Positions 30,012 to 42,631 of a DNA stretch of 64,000 bases are shown here, one piece after another. The stretch's first letter is position 1, and the number at the start of each line of letters is the position of its first letter. The notes under the pieces are model-generated. The model ran no database searches. It was given only the letters and a program-made list of their open reading frames with translations, and had not been told where the DNA came from. The stretch comes from an uncultured Chthonomonadaceae bacterium (GTDB lineage: Bacteria > Armatimonadota > Chthonomonadetes > Chthonomonadales > Chthonomonadaceae). The position numbers were made by a program, and so were the translations under genes. The stretch covers positions 672,001 to 736,000 of the forward strand of contig CAWFQB010000005.1 in NCBI GenBank assembly GCA_963817895.1. Reading direction: 5' to 3'.

Positions 30012-30770
30012 ATGCGATTGTCAGGCAAGGTGGCGCTGATTACGGGGGCGGGCGTGGGCATCGGGCGGGAAACCGCGCTTGTGTTCGCGCGCGCGGGCGC
30101 GTCTGTGGTTGTCGTGGATTTGAACGAGACGACGGGACAGGAAACCGTAGGCATGATTACGGCTGCGGGCGGCAGGGCCGTTTTCGCGCAGGCGGACGTG
30201 TCGCAGGAAGCCGCCGTTGTTGGCATGTTTGAACGGGCAAAGCAGGAGTACGGTAAACTTGATATTCTGTTCAACAACGCGGGAATCGTGAAGCAGGGGC
30301 GCGTGGAGGATAGCAGCTTGGAAGACTGGAACGCGCAGATCGGCACAACCCTGACCAGCGTATTTCTGGGCTGCAAACACGCCATTCCCCTGTTGCGCGA
30401 ACAGGGCGGGGGCGTGATTATCAACATGGCGTCGGTTGCCGGAATGATGGGCATTACCAACCGCGCTATTTATTCGGCTGCAAAGGGTGGCGTGATCGGC
30501 CTGACCCGCGCTGTCGCGCTGGACCACGCGACCGAAAAAATACGCTGCGTGTACCTTGCGCCCGCCACCATTGAAACGCCCTCCCTGACCGACCGCATCA
30601 ACGCCTCGCCCGATCCCGCTGAAGCCCGCAAAGCGTTTGAGGCGCGGCAGCCGATTGGCCGATTGGGCAAGCCCTCCGATGTCGCCAACGCCGCGCTGTA
30701 TCTGGCAAGCGACGAGGCGAGTTTCGTAACAGGCAGCGGCCTCGTCGTAGACGGTGGAATGGCCGTCTAA
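30012..30770 (+). CDS. SDR oxidoreductase
   Basis: TGAGVGIG, NNAG, YSAAKGG. Confidence 0.95.
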   Translation: MRLSGKVALITGAGVGIGRETALVFARAGASVVVVDLNETTGQETVGMITAAGGRAVFAQADVSQEAAVVGMFERAKQEYGKLDILFNNAGIVKQGRVEDSSLEDWNAQIGTTLTSVFLGCKHAIPLLREQGGGVIINMASVAGMMGITNRAIYSAAKGGVIGLTRAVALDHATEKIRCVYLAPATIETPSLTDRINASPDPAEARKAFEARQPIGRLGKPSDVANAALYLASDEASFVTGSGLVVDGGMAV

Positions 30771-30820
30771 TGATGTATACTGTAAGTACATCAATTCTAA
30801 TCTTACTATGAGGAGGCCGT

Positions 30821-31234
30821 ATGGCCGCATCTGTTCAACAACGCAAGGACATTGACCCGGAAGAGTTTCGCAAACTGCTCGAGGACGAGCGCGCGCAGCT
30901 AACGGATTTGCACCATCGGCAGCGCGCCGACATGGAAGAGGAGGCCCGTGACGTGGCGGAAAACGAACTCGCCACCGCAGACTTTAACGAACCCGCCGAC
31001 ATCGGGGCGCAACTGGCCGACCGTGACCGCGACAAGGCGCAGGATGTGGAAGTGAGGGCGCAGATCGCTGAAATAGATGCCGCGCTGGAGCGCATTGCTC
31101 AGGGAACCTACGGCATCTGTATCGTCACGGGCGAACCGATTCCCATCGAGCGCCTGCGCGACCTGCCTTGGGCGAGCATGACGGTGGAAGCGGCGGAAAA
31201 CACGCTGGACGTCGGCTATCCGACAGAAGGCTGA
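30821..31234 (+). CDS. TraR/DksA-family regulator
   Basis: ADIG, ID.ALERI..GTYGIC..TGEPIP.ERL..LPWA. Confidence 0.85.
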   Translation: MAASVQQRKDIDPEEFRKLLEDERAQLTDLHHRQRADMEEEARDVAENELATADFNEPADIGAQLADRDRDKAQDVEVRAQIAEIDAALERIAQGTYGICIVTGEPIPIERLRDLPWASMTVEAAENTLDVGYPTEG

Positions 31235-31279
31235 CACAGTGGCTGGTGGTTGGTTGATTTAGATGTAGGAATTATAACG

Positions 31280-31819
31280 TTGCAAACGAATTCTTCGACT
31301 GAAACCGTACTGGAGTCTGTAAGCGCGACACCGGAACAACACGCGCCGGTTCGGGCGTTACGCCCAATCTTGTTTTACCTGATTGTCGCCCTCGTGTTCG
31401 CGAGCGATCAACTCAGTAAATGGTGGGTGATGAAAACGCTCGGGGATGGCGGCGAAAAGCAGATTTTCGGCAACGCCTTTATGCTCACTCTGGCGCACAA
31501 CCGGGGCGGCGCGTGGGGGGTTATGCCGCAAAACGGCATCGTCTTCATTGTGTTCGCGGCTGTCGCCATTGTCGCGCTGATGGTCGCGTACCACCGGATG
31601 CCGCAGATCGAATTGTTTGTCGGCACGGCCTTTGCCCTCGCATTGGGCGGCGCGATGGGCAATCTGCTGGATCGCCTGCGCTTCGGTTCCGTCGTGGACT
31701 TTTTCAACGTCAACATCATTCACTGGCCGATTTTCAATGTCGCGGACTCGGCTATTACCATCGGTATTATCCTGCTGCTGCTGCATTTTGTCCGTTCGCC
31801 GAAGGAAGATACGAGATAG
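31280..31819 (+). CDS. lspA: Lipoprotein signal peptidase
   Basis: DQLSK, N.GGAW, GNLLDR, VVDF, FNVADSAI. Confidence 0.95.
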   Translation: MQTNSSTETVLESVSATPEQHAPVRALRPILFYLIVALVFASDQLSKWWVMKTLGDGGEKQIFGNAFMLTLAHNRGGAWGVMPQNGIVFIVFAAVAIVALMVAYHRMPQIELFVGTAFALALGGAMGNLLDRLRFGSVVDFFNVNIIHWPIFNVADSAITIGIILLLLHFVRSPKEDTR

Positions 31820-31900
31820 GAGATACAAGATACGAGTAGGAAAGCCGCTGTGCAGTTACTCGTGTCTCGTATCTCCTATCTCGTATCTCGTATCTAAACT

Positions 31901-32809
31901 ATGCACCCAATACTGTTTCACATTGGAAGATTGCCCGTGCGCTCGTATGGCGCATTAATCGTTATCGGCCTGATGCTCGGCATCTGGCGGGGGCTGCGCG
32001 TGGCGGAACGACGCTGGCGCACGGAACCCGCCGATTCGTTGCGGCGTATCCATCCCGACACGCTGTTTGATGTCGGATTTTGGGGCTTTGTCGTCGGCAT
32101 TTTAGGGGCGCGGCTGACGTTCGTACTGCTGGACTGGCACAGTTTTGCCGGTCATCCCGTGGAAGCCCTCAAATTTTGGGAGGGTGGGCTTTCGCTGCAC
32201 GGCGGCATGTTCTTCGGCATCCTGTATATGGTGGCGGCCTGCCGCTGGAAAAAAGCCCCGACCCTGCAAATCGGCGATTTGTGCGCGACTTCATGGGCGC
32301 TCGCCTATGCCATCGGACGTATCGGCTGCTATTTGAACGGCTGCTGCTATGGCGGCGCGTGTGACGCGAGTTTGCCCTGGGCCAGCGTGTTTCCCGACGA
32401 GCGGTACTTTCACGATAACAGCGCGATTACGCCCGCCACCGTTCTGACACCGCCAAGCCACCCGGTTCAACTGTACGCCACTGTCTTCAACATGTTTTTC
32501 TTCGCGCTCATGGTTCAATGGGAAAAGCGGCGGCGCGTGGATGGCGACCTGTTTTGGGGCTACATCGGCCTGTATGGTTTTTACCGCTTTGTCGTCGAGT
32601 ATTTCCGGGCGGGCGCAACGTCCACATACGCCATTCCGCAATGGCACATCACGGACACTCATATTATCAGTGTCCTGATGATGGGCCTTGCCGTGAGCGC
32701 GATCTGGTGGCTCCGCCGCCATCGCCCGCTGTACAAGGACGCCATCTACCAAAACCCGCAGCCCACGCCGGCTATCCTCGCGGAAACCCCGGCAGCCGCT
32801 GCAATTTAA
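31901..32809 (+). CDS. lgt: Prolipoprotein diacylglyceryl transferase
   Basis: GARL, GGLSLHGG, IGRIGC..NGCCYG, HP.QLY, RF.VE.FR. Confidence 0.95.
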   Translation: MHPILFHIGRLPVRSYGALIVIGLMLGIWRGLRVAERRWRTEPADSLRRIHPDTLFDVGFWGFVVGILGARLTFVLLDWHSFAGHPVEALKFWEGGLSLHGGMFFGILYMVAACRWKKAPTLQIGDLCATSWALAYAIGRIGCYLNGCCYGGACDASLPWASVFPDERYFHDNSAITPATVLTPPSHPVQLYATVFNMFFFALMVQWEKRRRVDGDLFWGYIGLYGFYRFVVEYFRAGATSTYAIPQWHITDTHIISVLMMGLAVSAIWWLRRHRPLYKDAIYQNPQPTPAILAETPAAAAI

Positions 32810-32997
32810 CAGAAAAGGAGAAAAGGAGAAGAGGAGAAGAGGAGAAACAAACCGAGGAAGACACGAAATAAACGAAATAAAATGCAAAGAACCACAGTAG
32901 CAAAAACGTCGGTGTAAGTTTTTTGGCCTTTTCGTATATTTAGTATGTTTCGCGGTTTATTGTCTCTCCTCTTCTCCTCTTCTCCTTTTCTCCTTTT
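32810..32997. repeat. Nested purine/pyrimidine palindrome (GGAGAA units)
   Basis: agaaaaggagaaaaggagaagaggagaagaggaga ... tctcctcttctcctcttctccttttctccttttct. Confidence 0.8.
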
Positions 32998-33013
32998 CTA
33001 TAGAGGTACTTCT

Positions 33014-33736
33014 ATGGCGCAGAAAATTGTGGGAATTACGTGCAGCACGAGCGCGGCGAAGGGGAGGTCCGGGGCGCGGCAGACGCTCAATCGCGCCTAT
33101 GTGTGGGTGGTGGAGCGGGCGGGCGGTATCCCGATTATTCTGCCGGTCACGCGCGAACCGGAAGTGATTGCGCGGTATCTCGGCGTTATAGATGGACTGT
33201 TGCTATCGGGCGGCGTTGACGTGCATCCGAACCATTACGGACACGATCCGCACGAGCATTTGGGCGACGTAGATGAAGACCGGGATACGACGGAAATGCC
33301 CCTGATACGCGCCGCTCTGGAACAGGATATGCCGATTTTCGCCATTTGCCGGGGGATTCAGGCGCTGAATGTGGCGATGGGCGGAACATTGTATCAGGAT
33401 TTGCCATCGGAATTGGCGTCCGACATTGTTCACGCGCAGGACAAGCACGACCTGCCGCGCCATGAAACCTGCCATGCCATTGCCATTGAACCCTATACCC
33501 ATATCGCGGACGTTGCCGGCAGTCATACCATGCGCGTCAACAGTTTTCATCATCAGGCGTTGCGGGACGTGGCGGATGCGCTGGCTGTCACCGCTGTTGC
33601 GCCGGACAGCGTGATTGAAGCCGTAGAGGGGCGCAAGCACCGGTATCTGGTGGGCGTACAGTTTCACCCGGAAGAAACCGCCGCGCATGATGCCGCCTCG
33701 CAAAAACTGTTCGACAGGTTTGTGCAGGCGTTATAA
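33014..33736 (+). CDS. Gamma-glutamyl-gamma-aminobutyrate hydrolase family (peptidase C26)
   Basis: GLLLSGG.D, ICRGIQ, VNSFHHQ, GVQFHPE. Confidence 0.9.
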   Translation: MAQKIVGITCSTSAAKGRSGARQTLNRAYVWVVERAGGIPIILPVTREPEVIARYLGVIDGLLLSGGVDVHPNHYGHDPHEHLGDVDEDRDTTEMPLIRAALEQDMPIFAICRGIQALNVAMGGTLYQDLPSELASDIVHAQDKHDLPRHETCHAIAIEPYTHIADVAGSHTMRVNSFHHQALRDVADALAVTAVAPDSVIEAVEGRKHRYLVGVQFHPEETAAHDAASQKLFDRFVQAL

Positions 33737-33862
33737 AACTTGCAGAATTATAAATTCACGTTACGCAGACGAGCGATTGCCGCGCGCAACGCAATAAATT
33801 GCTTTGCGCCAACTGCAAGGCGCGGCAAAAAGCCTGCATGCGCAACGTGAGCAGTAAATGAA

Positions 33863-33900
33863 GAGCCGATATTTTCACATCATTGCGAAAATATCGGCTT
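33863..33900. terminator. Likely intrinsic terminator between convergent genes
   Basis: agccgatatttt..aaaatatcggct hairpin followed by a T-rich tail. Confidence 0.55.
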
Positions 33901-33995
33901 TGTTTTGCGAGGCGGTTAGAGCCTATCCTGATAGTTCCCCTTCTCCCAAAGTTGGGAGAAGGGGTCAGGGGTTGAGGGCCAATGGAAATAGGCGG

Positions 33996-34208
33996 TTATT
34001 TCGCGCCGCCTTCAGGGGGTTGAGGATTGGCGAGGCTACCGGTGGCAGTGGAAGCCGCGCCCGAAGTGGTGGCAGCGCCCGGTGTGGCAGCGCTTTTGCC
34101 GGACGCATCCGGGGTTACATCATCGGACTTGCCGCCGCAGCCGGATAGCAGAACGCCTGCAAGCGCAAGAGTAGTAAGCGCGAAATGGGCTTTTTTATGA
34201 ATCGCCAT
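33996..34208 (-). CDS. Small lipoprotein
   Basis: Lipobox LSGC. Confidence 0.7.
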   Translation of the reverse strand: MAIHKKAHFALTTLALAGVLLSGCGGKSDDVTPDASGKSAATPGAATTSGAASTATGSLANPQPPEGGAK

Positions 34209-34213
34209 GATAC

Positions 34214-34540
34214 TTACCTTTCAGTTGATAACATTTTCAGAGTATTTTTTGCCTGGGGCGCGGCGGAGTCATTTTGTTTGCCTGTCAATCTGTTCAGTTC
34301 CGCAAGCGTCAACTGCCCGGAATGGACAAGATAGAGTTTGTCGCCCGCCTTATCGGCCATCGCTTCCAGCGTATGCTTATCCGAGTGGCAGCCGATGCAA
34401 CTGATCTTTTCCGCTGTTGGATGCTCGAGATTATAGAGACCACGCCATTCAAAATAAGTTATAGAAACCATGGTGAGCGCAATCACAGAAAGGGCGAAAT
34501 GCAATGGGAGTTTTGCGCCGCTGATTTTACGAAAACTCAT
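34214..34540 (-). CDS. Membrane-anchored monoheme c-type cytochrome-like protein
   Basis: TM helix then CIGCH. Confidence 0.6.
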   Translation of the reverse strand: MSFRKISGAKLPLHFALSVIALTMVSITYFEWRGLYNLEHPTAEKISCIGCHSDKHTLEAMADKAGDKLYLVHSGQLTLAELNRLTGKQNDSAAPQAKNTLKMLSTER

Positions 34541-34682
34541 CGTCGGTTTCCCGTCTCGCGAACAGAAGCGGGTTGGAGCAAATGTCATAGTACAGTTCCA
34601 GCAGAAGCTAGAAGACGAAAGGCAGGGTTGATTCTGCCTTTCGCATTGGTACTCGCTTTCAGCAGTGCCTTTACAGCAGCGA

Positions 34683-34877
34683 CTACTTTACTGTTGGCGC
34701 AGGCGGCGTGCCGGTGCCGGGAGCCGCCAGATCGCCGCGTTTATCTGCGCGCGCCTCTGGCGTGATGTCTTCGCCGGGAGCGCGCTTCTCAATGGGCGTA
34801 CTCGCCGGTTCGGAATGGCAGCCCGTCAAAAAAAGTGCCAGCAGCAGGGAGGCGATGCTATAAGCGAACTTCTTCAT
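34683..34877 (-). CDS. Small lipoprotein
   Basis: MKK..LTGC lipobox. Confidence 0.7.
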   Translation of the reverse strand: MKKFAYSIASLLLALFLTGCHSEPASTPIEKRAPGEDITPEARADKRGDLAAPGTGTPPAPTVK

Positions 34878-34911
34878 AGTGAATTTCATGGTTATGACAC
34901 TCTTTCAGAAA

Positions 34912-35805
34912 CTAATCGGGCATCATGCAGCTGCTGGCGCTCCCGGTGGGGCAGGGTGGGAAGTTGGCATCCATGTAAGCGCCGTACTGACCACACGCCA
35001 TGAGCGGAATCGGTACGCCATCAGAAGCAGCGCTGTTGGTTCCTGTGCCATCGTAGGTCTGGTTCGGATCGGCGCACCAGTAAGAAACCTGGTCTGTGGC
35101 GCGGGGGCGGGCAAAGCGACCGGCTTCGCCTCCCTGAACCCAACCAGCCTTCATGGCAATGGATTTGGCGTGTCCGTCGGCAAAGCCAAAATTGAAACGG
35201 CCACCGGAATGGCGCAGCGAGCCGTTGTTCGTTCCGCCCCAGGTGCAGAGCAGAAACGTCATCGTCGCCGTAATGCGGGGCGTGTCATACGAGTCCCCAA
35301 AGGCTACCAACTGAGCAGGAGCAATCATACCGGCCAGCGGAATGCCTGGCAAGTATTTTGCTTTTCCACTCGGATCATTGGGGTCCGGTTGCTGTCCCAG
35401 TACCAGGCCACCGCCACGGCGCTGGATCGGTCCCCAGTTGTAGCCGTAACCAATCGAGCGGTTGGTGTTCGTGACTCCATCCGGGGCTTCAATGGCATCG
35501 GTGCCGGAGCGGTCCGGGCAAATGAAGAGTTGCGCATTCTTCACGTAGGGGTACAGGCGATTCGTGTAGTCGCCACTGCCCATGTGCGGACAAGTCTCAT
35601 CATAGTCCTGCGTGTACATGTAGAACGAGGTGCCGATCTGCTTGACATTGGACAGGCAGGAGATGGAACGCGCTTTTTCACGCGCTTGGGCAAAAACGGG
35701 GAACAGAATGGCAGCCAGAATAGCGATGATGGCAATGACCACGAGTAGTTCAATCAGGGTGAAAGCGGCGGGGCGACAACCGCGCAGGGGGAAATGGGTA
35801 CGCAT
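34912..35805 (-). CDS. Prepilin-type N-terminal methylation / DUF1559 protein with H-X9-DG motif
   Basis: [35 protein letters not shown]...N..FADGHAK. Confidence 0.9.
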   Translation of the reverse strand: MRTHFPLRGCRPAAFTLIELLVVIAIIAILAAILFPVFAQAREKARSISCLSNVKQIGTSFYMYTQDYDETCPHMGSGDYTNRLYPYVKNAQLFICPDRSGTDAIEAPDGVTNTNRSIGYGYNWGPIQRRGGGLVLGQQPDPNDPSGKAKYLPGIPLAGMIAPAQLVAFGDSYDTPRITATMTFLLCTWGGTNNGSLRHSGGRFNFGFADGHAKSIAMKAGWVQGGEAGRFARPRATDQVSYWCADPNQTYDGTGTNSAASDGVPIPLMACGQYGAYMDANFPPCPTGSASSCMMPD

Positions 35806-35961
35806 ACAACGTCCTTTCGTCAGATTCTAATGGTGTGACAGAATTGAGGAGGCGCGTCAAAAAGCGCGTTAGCAATCAGGCCGCCGCAACGAGGCGGCGG
35901 GCAAAAGCGACATGGGGTGAGAAAGAGTTCCGGCTCATGCCCACCCCGCGCGGTAAAAGCG

Positions 35962-36123
35962 TCAGTCGGTTTGCTTGCTGCCGCTGGAAGCGGGCGTTCC
36001 GGTTTTGGCCGCGCCGCTGTCTGCGCCATTGGCGTTATCGCTCTTGCTGCCGCATCCCGCCAGAAGGCTGCCGCACAGCGCCAGCAGAACCATGCCGATT
36101 ATCAGGGATTTGTTGGTCTTCAT
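35962..36123 (-). CDS. Small lipoprotein (53 aa, below the ORF-track cutoff)
   Basis: RBS AAGGAG; MKTNKSLIIGMVLLALCGSLLAGCGSKSD. Confidence 0.7.
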   Translation of the reverse strand: MKTNKSLIIGMVLLALCGSLLAGCGSKSDNANGADSGAAKTGTPASSGSKQTD

Positions 36124-36479
36124 TGCTTCTCCTTGCTCCGTTGATGGTTGAGTAGTTGCGCATCCGCAAATATCCTCAAGAACAACATCAGTATGGCGAA
36201 CATGGATTAAGGAGAAATTAAGAGGGGGTTAAACTTGTGTTAAATTCGGGAGTAAGGCAGGCAAAAAGAAACCTGCACCTGAGTTTCTAAGAACTCTGAT
36301 ACAGGCCCCATCACTATTGATGGACTTCTATGAAAAGGAGGACATGCGCTGGTTATATAACGTTTCAGGGCCAAAGATTGTTCCTGAAAATGTTCAGGCT
36401 ATTTTGTGAGGTTTTCGCCGCGCTTTTTCGTTATTCCAACAGGTTCCCTTCTCCCAAAGTTGGGAGAAGGGGTTGAGGG

Positions 36480-38019
36480 CTATTCAGGACAGGCGCATAA
36501 TTCCGGCAGTTCCAGCGTGGACACAATGCCGGTTTCCAAGTGGAACACGCGCAGGCAATGGTTGTTCGTATCCGCGATATACAGGTTCCCATTCGCGCCG
36601 CTCAATCCATTCGGCTCATTAAACTGCGCCGCGCTGCCGAATCCGTTTGCCATGCCGGATTTCCCTGTTCCCGCCAGCGTTTGAGTATTGCCCGTTATGG
36701 GATCGAAAACCCTGATTTTGTGGTTGTAGGTGTCGGCGATATAAATCAGGCCGCGATACGCGCAGACTCCCATCGGATGCTGTAAACACGCGCTGTCTCC
36801 GTCGCCGTCCGCATCGCCCCACGTATACAGGCCCCCGCCAATCAGCGTTTCCACGACCTCTTCCCCGGTATTCGGGGAAACGCGGATACGCCGCAGGCTG
36901 CTGCTTTCGCTGTCCGCGATATAAAGCGCGTGTTCGTCCGCCGCAACTCCACCTGGCTGCGCGAAAGCAGAAGTTTTCAAGGCTCCATTGATGCAGGACT
37001 CGCGCCCGTTCCCCGCATACGGCTGAACCTCCCCGCTCCGCAGATCATAGCGCCACAACTGATGGCTGCCCGCCATTGCCAGCGTGAGAACGCCCTCGTC
37101 GCTGTGATGGTAACAGATGTCCCACGGTGAGGAGAGCGGGGTTATCATTCCCGGCCCGCCTGAAGGCCGCGCGCCGGCCTGCGCGCCGGTTCCCGCAACG
37201 GTGGTAACGGTTTGGCTGGCAAGATCAATCCGCCGCAGAACATGGTTGCCGCTGTCGCACACCGTCAGCGCGTCCCCGATCAGCGCCATTCCCTGCGGGC
37301 GACAAAATCGCGCCGCCCGCGAACCGCCGTCCGTTCTTCCCGCTTCCCCGTTCCCGAATGTCTGCGCCCCCCGGCCCTCCAGATCGCAAACCACAATGCG
37401 GTTGTGTCCCGTGTCCGCCACAAACAGCCGTTGTCCCAATCCATCCGCCAGAATTTTGCCGGGAAAGGAGAGGAGCGCGGCCTGTGGATCTTTTCCCTGT
37501 AGTGTCAAAAAGAGGAAATGCGCGGGACGACTCTCATTTGCGCGGCGTAGCCAGCAATTGCCCGATAATCTGATCCAGTTCGTCTCGATGCCCCTCGCCC
37601 GACAGACTGCCGAGATAGTAGCCTTCAGGATCAATAATGCCAATCGTAGGCCACGCATGAACATCGTACTCGTCCCAAACCCGGTGGTCGTTATCACACG
37701 CGACGGGATGCTGAATGTCGAGACGCCGTACCGCGCTTGCAATGTTAGCCACAACGCGCTCGTTGTCGAACTTGCCGGAGTGGATGCCGATAACCACAAA
37801 AGGAAGACCGGCGTATTTCTCTTCCAGATATTTCAGGTCGGGCAGGATGTGCAGGCAGTTGATGCAGCCATACGTCCAGAAATCGAGCAGGACAACGCTG
37901 CCGCGCAATTGCGCCAGTGTCACCGCTTTGCCGTCCGTATTCAGCCAGCAGGCGGGGTCAGCGGGCAGTTGCGGGGCGCGGACGCGCGCTTCGGACAGTA
38001 ATGAATGGGGTTCGCTCAT
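36480..38019 (-). CDS. Thioredoxin-like + NHL-repeat protein (NHLRC2-like), frameshift near 37540
   Basis: LDFWTYGCINC, then ADTGHNRI, ADSESS, ADTYNHKI NHL repeats. Confidence 0.85.
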
Positions 38020-38068
38020 AACGGGAAACAGCGCTCCTGAAGAAGCCCCTATTGTAACTATTCAGCCT

Positions 38069-38220
38069 CTTCTAGTACACCGTCAACGTAGAAGTGTAGG
38101 GTACGGTTGTAGGGGTTCTGCTTGCTGAACCCTCCTCTAACAAGGCGCAGCAAGCCGCTATATTGGGCGCAGCAAGCAGCGCCCCTACCTAACTGTTCTA
38201 CCTTGATGGTGTACTAGAAG
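38069..38220. mobile_element. MITE-like element enclosing a GTAGGGG..CCCCTAC REP-like unit
   Basis: cttctagtacaccgtcaacgtagaa ... ttctaccttgatggtgtactagaag. Confidence 0.6.
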
Positions 38221-38320
38221 TTCAAGATTCGGCCTCTCCCCAATATCGGAGAGGAATTGTCTCTAAATAGCCTCTCCCAAACTTGGGAGAGGGGTTGGGG
38301 TGAGGGCTATTTCCCATACG

Positions 38321-40177
<1,857 letters not shown>

Positions 40178-40247
40178 AAAGCCCTCCGCTATCCGCGCGA
40201 CGGAATTTATTCAAAAGTTAAATCCATTATCGGGAGGTTGTGGCGTT

Positions 40248-41147
40248 ATGTTCAGATGGATGTGTCTATGGATGTTTCTGCTGTTGATGAACGCGCAGGG
40301 TCTATTCGCGGGCGGCAAGCCCGTCACGAATAAGGAGGGGTGGGTACGACAAGAGGAAACAGGTGAAGCCGGGAAACCGCAGACGCTGCATTTTTGCGTG
40401 TACGGGGATACTCGTGACGGCCACGCGATGCACCGCAAAGTTTTAGCCCTGATGCTGAAGCAGAAGCCGGAATTCATCCTGCAAACGGGCGATTTGGTAC
40501 ACGACGGCGGCAATCCCCGTTTATGGCAGATTTATGACAGCATCACGGGTGAAGCGCGTAAAACCACGCCCTTTTATCCGGCGCGGGGCAACCACGATCC
40601 GGGCGGGCCGGGTTACGCGGCGCGGGTGACGACGCCTTTCACGTCCGGCAATAAATTATGGCATTCCTTCGACAAAGGCGATTGCCATTTCATCTGTTTG
40701 TGCGTGGATGAAGAGACGGCGTATGCCCCGGACAGTCCGCAGTACAAATGGCTGCTGAAGGATTTGGAAACCACGCGTAAAACGCATCCCGCGCACCTCT
40801 TTGTGTTCTTCCACGTTCCCCCGTACTCCATCGGCTCGCATGGCAGCGACCTGGAAGTTCGGCGGCAACTATGCCCGCTCTTCATCCGCTACGGCGTGGA
40901 TGTCGTCTTCAACGGCCACGACCACAACTATTACCGCACCCGGCGCGACGGCGTGACCTATATTGTGACCGGGGGCGGCGGCGCGCCGTTGTATCCGGCC
41001 AACCCGAATCGGGGCGCAATCGAGGGCGACCGCTACGAAAGCGTGAACAACGGCGTGGTCTGCGATGTCAGCGGCAAACAGGTGACAGTCACTGCCCTCC
41101 GCGCCGACGGAACCACGCTGGACCACTTCACGATGCCGAACAGATAG
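40248..41147 (+). CDS. Secreted metallophosphoesterase (purple acid phosphatase-like)
   Basis: GDTR, GDLV, GNHD, GHDHNY. Confidence 0.9.
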   Translation: MFRWMCLWMFLLLMNAQGLFAGGKPVTNKEGWVRQEETGEAGKPQTLHFCVYGDTRDGHAMHRKVLALMLKQKPEFILQTGDLVHDGGNPRLWQIYDSITGEARKTTPFYPARGNHDPGGPGYAARVTTPFTSGNKLWHSFDKGDCHFICLCVDEETAYAPDSPQYKWLLKDLETTRKTHPAHLFVFFHVPPYSIGSHGSDLEVRRQLCPLFIRYGVDVVFNGHDHNYYRTRRDGVTYIVTGGGGAPLYPANPNRGAIEGDRYESVNNGVVCDVSGKQVTVTALRADGTTLDHFTMPNR

Positions 41148-41394
41148 AAGAGAAGAAAAGGAGAGGGGGAGAGTGGGAACCGCGAAACACACGAAAAAAG
41201 AAACACAAAAGAGGAATAGACAGGATTAACAGGATTTTTCAGGATGGAACAGGATTATATGTAGAGAAGATATGTCCGTCCTTTTCTCTCCTCTGTGAAA
41301 CCTCTGTGTCTCTGTGTCTCTGTGGTGAATGTTTGTTTTGTCTTTTTTCGTTTGTTTCGTTTGTTTCGTGGTTCCCACTCTCCCTGTCTTGTAC

Positions 41395-42228
41395 TTAGAA
41401 CAGGCTTCCTTGCACGGCAGCGGGGATGGGTCGGGTAGGCTGGCCGAGCATCTGTTGGAAGCGGAAAGCGGTTTCGGGGGAGTAGCCTTCGTAGTCGTTG
41501 TTGCACTGGATGTAGGCGTTGGCGAGATGAGATTGATGGGCGAGAATGGCTTTCGCCCATGTTTGCATGTCGTGGGTGTGGTCGCCATAGAGTTTGTCGT
41601 GTTGGGGATAGGTTCCGTGCTGCCCGATCAGGCGTAGATAGAGGAAATCGGTCGTGAGTTCAAAACGGCGGGGCATGGAAACATAGTCGGTCAGGGCAAG
41701 GGCAACGTTGTGGTCACGCAGCATTTGGGAAACATCGGGCGCAAGCAGGGAACGATGCCGGAACTCGATGGTAAAGCGAACGTCAGCGTTCCCCATATCG
41801 CGCAACGTGGGTAGGAGGGCGCGAAGATTGTCCACTTCCTGCCGGGTGAAATCCGGGGGCATTTGCAGCAGAATGGGGCCGCATTTCGGGCCGAGCAGAC
41901 TCATTACCCGGACGAATTCCGTTAAGGGTTCCTGAACGCCAATAAGCCGCATGTCATGCGTAATTACGCGCGGCACTTTGGGGCAGAAAGTGAAACCGGG
42001 CGGCGTAATCTGCGCCCACTGTTTCACCTGCGCTTCGCGGGGCGTTCCATAGAACGTCGAGTCAATCTCAACAGTATCGAACGTCTGCGCGTACAGCGTG
42101 ATGTAATCCCGCGAAGCCGCGCCATCAGGATAAAACACGCCCGCCCAATCCGCATAACTCCATCCCATTGTGCCGACACGTATAATAGAAGCGTCCGGCT
42201 TATTTGTGAAAGTCGCTGTATCACTCAC
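41395..42228 (-). CDS. DUF72-domain protein
   Basis: GTMGWSY..W...FYP, VEIDSTFY, EFRH. Confidence 0.9.
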   Translation of the reverse strand: MSDTATFTNKPDASIIRVGTMGWSYADWAGVFYPDGAASRDYITLYAQTFDTVEIDSTFYGTPREAQVKQWAQITPPGFTFCPKVPRVITHDMRLIGVQEPLTEFVRVMSLLGPKCGPILLQMPPDFTRQEVDNLRALLPTLRDMGNADVRFTIEFRHRSLLAPDVSQMLRDHNVALALTDYVSMPRRFELTTDFLYLRLIGQHGTYPQHDKLYGDHTHDMQTWAKAILAHQSHLANAYIQCNNDYEGYSPETAFRFQQMLGQPTRPIPAAVQGSLF

Positions 42229-42254
42229 AAGTTATCTGCTTTCAAGTTGAAGAT

Positions 42255-42614
42255 TTATGCCGTCACTCGTGGTTTGACGCGCCAAACTGCCTCCAGAAGT
42301 TCCCGCAATTCTTCAGCAATCTCTTCAGGAGGTTCTCCAGAAAGACCGATACAGACAAGACGTTCCGCATCGCGCAAACGCCCGCAATCCATGGCAAGCG
42401 TTGCCGCGCTGCGGTGCAAAACAGAGCGGATTGGTTCGGCTTCGATGTTTAGGGCTACCATTTCCGCCGCTTTTCGTTCCATGTCGTAGGCTTGATAAAA
42501 TAAGTGGTTTGCCTGTTCGTACTGTCCGGCCTGTTTCGCGGCAAAGGCCTGGTCTGCAAATTCCATTGCGCGTTGATGATATTCTCGCGCGGTGTTCATG
42601 TTTTCATCACTCAT
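42255..42614 (-). CDS. Hypothetical helical protein
   Basis: 119-aa ORF overlapping the upstream operon end. Confidence 0.65.
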   Translation of the reverse strand: MSDENMNTAREYHQRAMEFADQAFAAKQAGQYEQANHLFYQAYDMERKAAEMVALNIEAEPIRSVLHRSAATLAMDCGRLRDAERLVCIGLSGEPPEEIAEELRELLEAVWRVKPRVTA

Positions 42615-42631
42615 TTCACCATCAATCTACG

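Noticed and set aside
19378..37560. Programmed frameshifting or mass pseudogenisation
   Set aside because: Indels are scattered through housekeeping genes, often at homopolymers, with motifs intact; sequencing error is more parsimonious.
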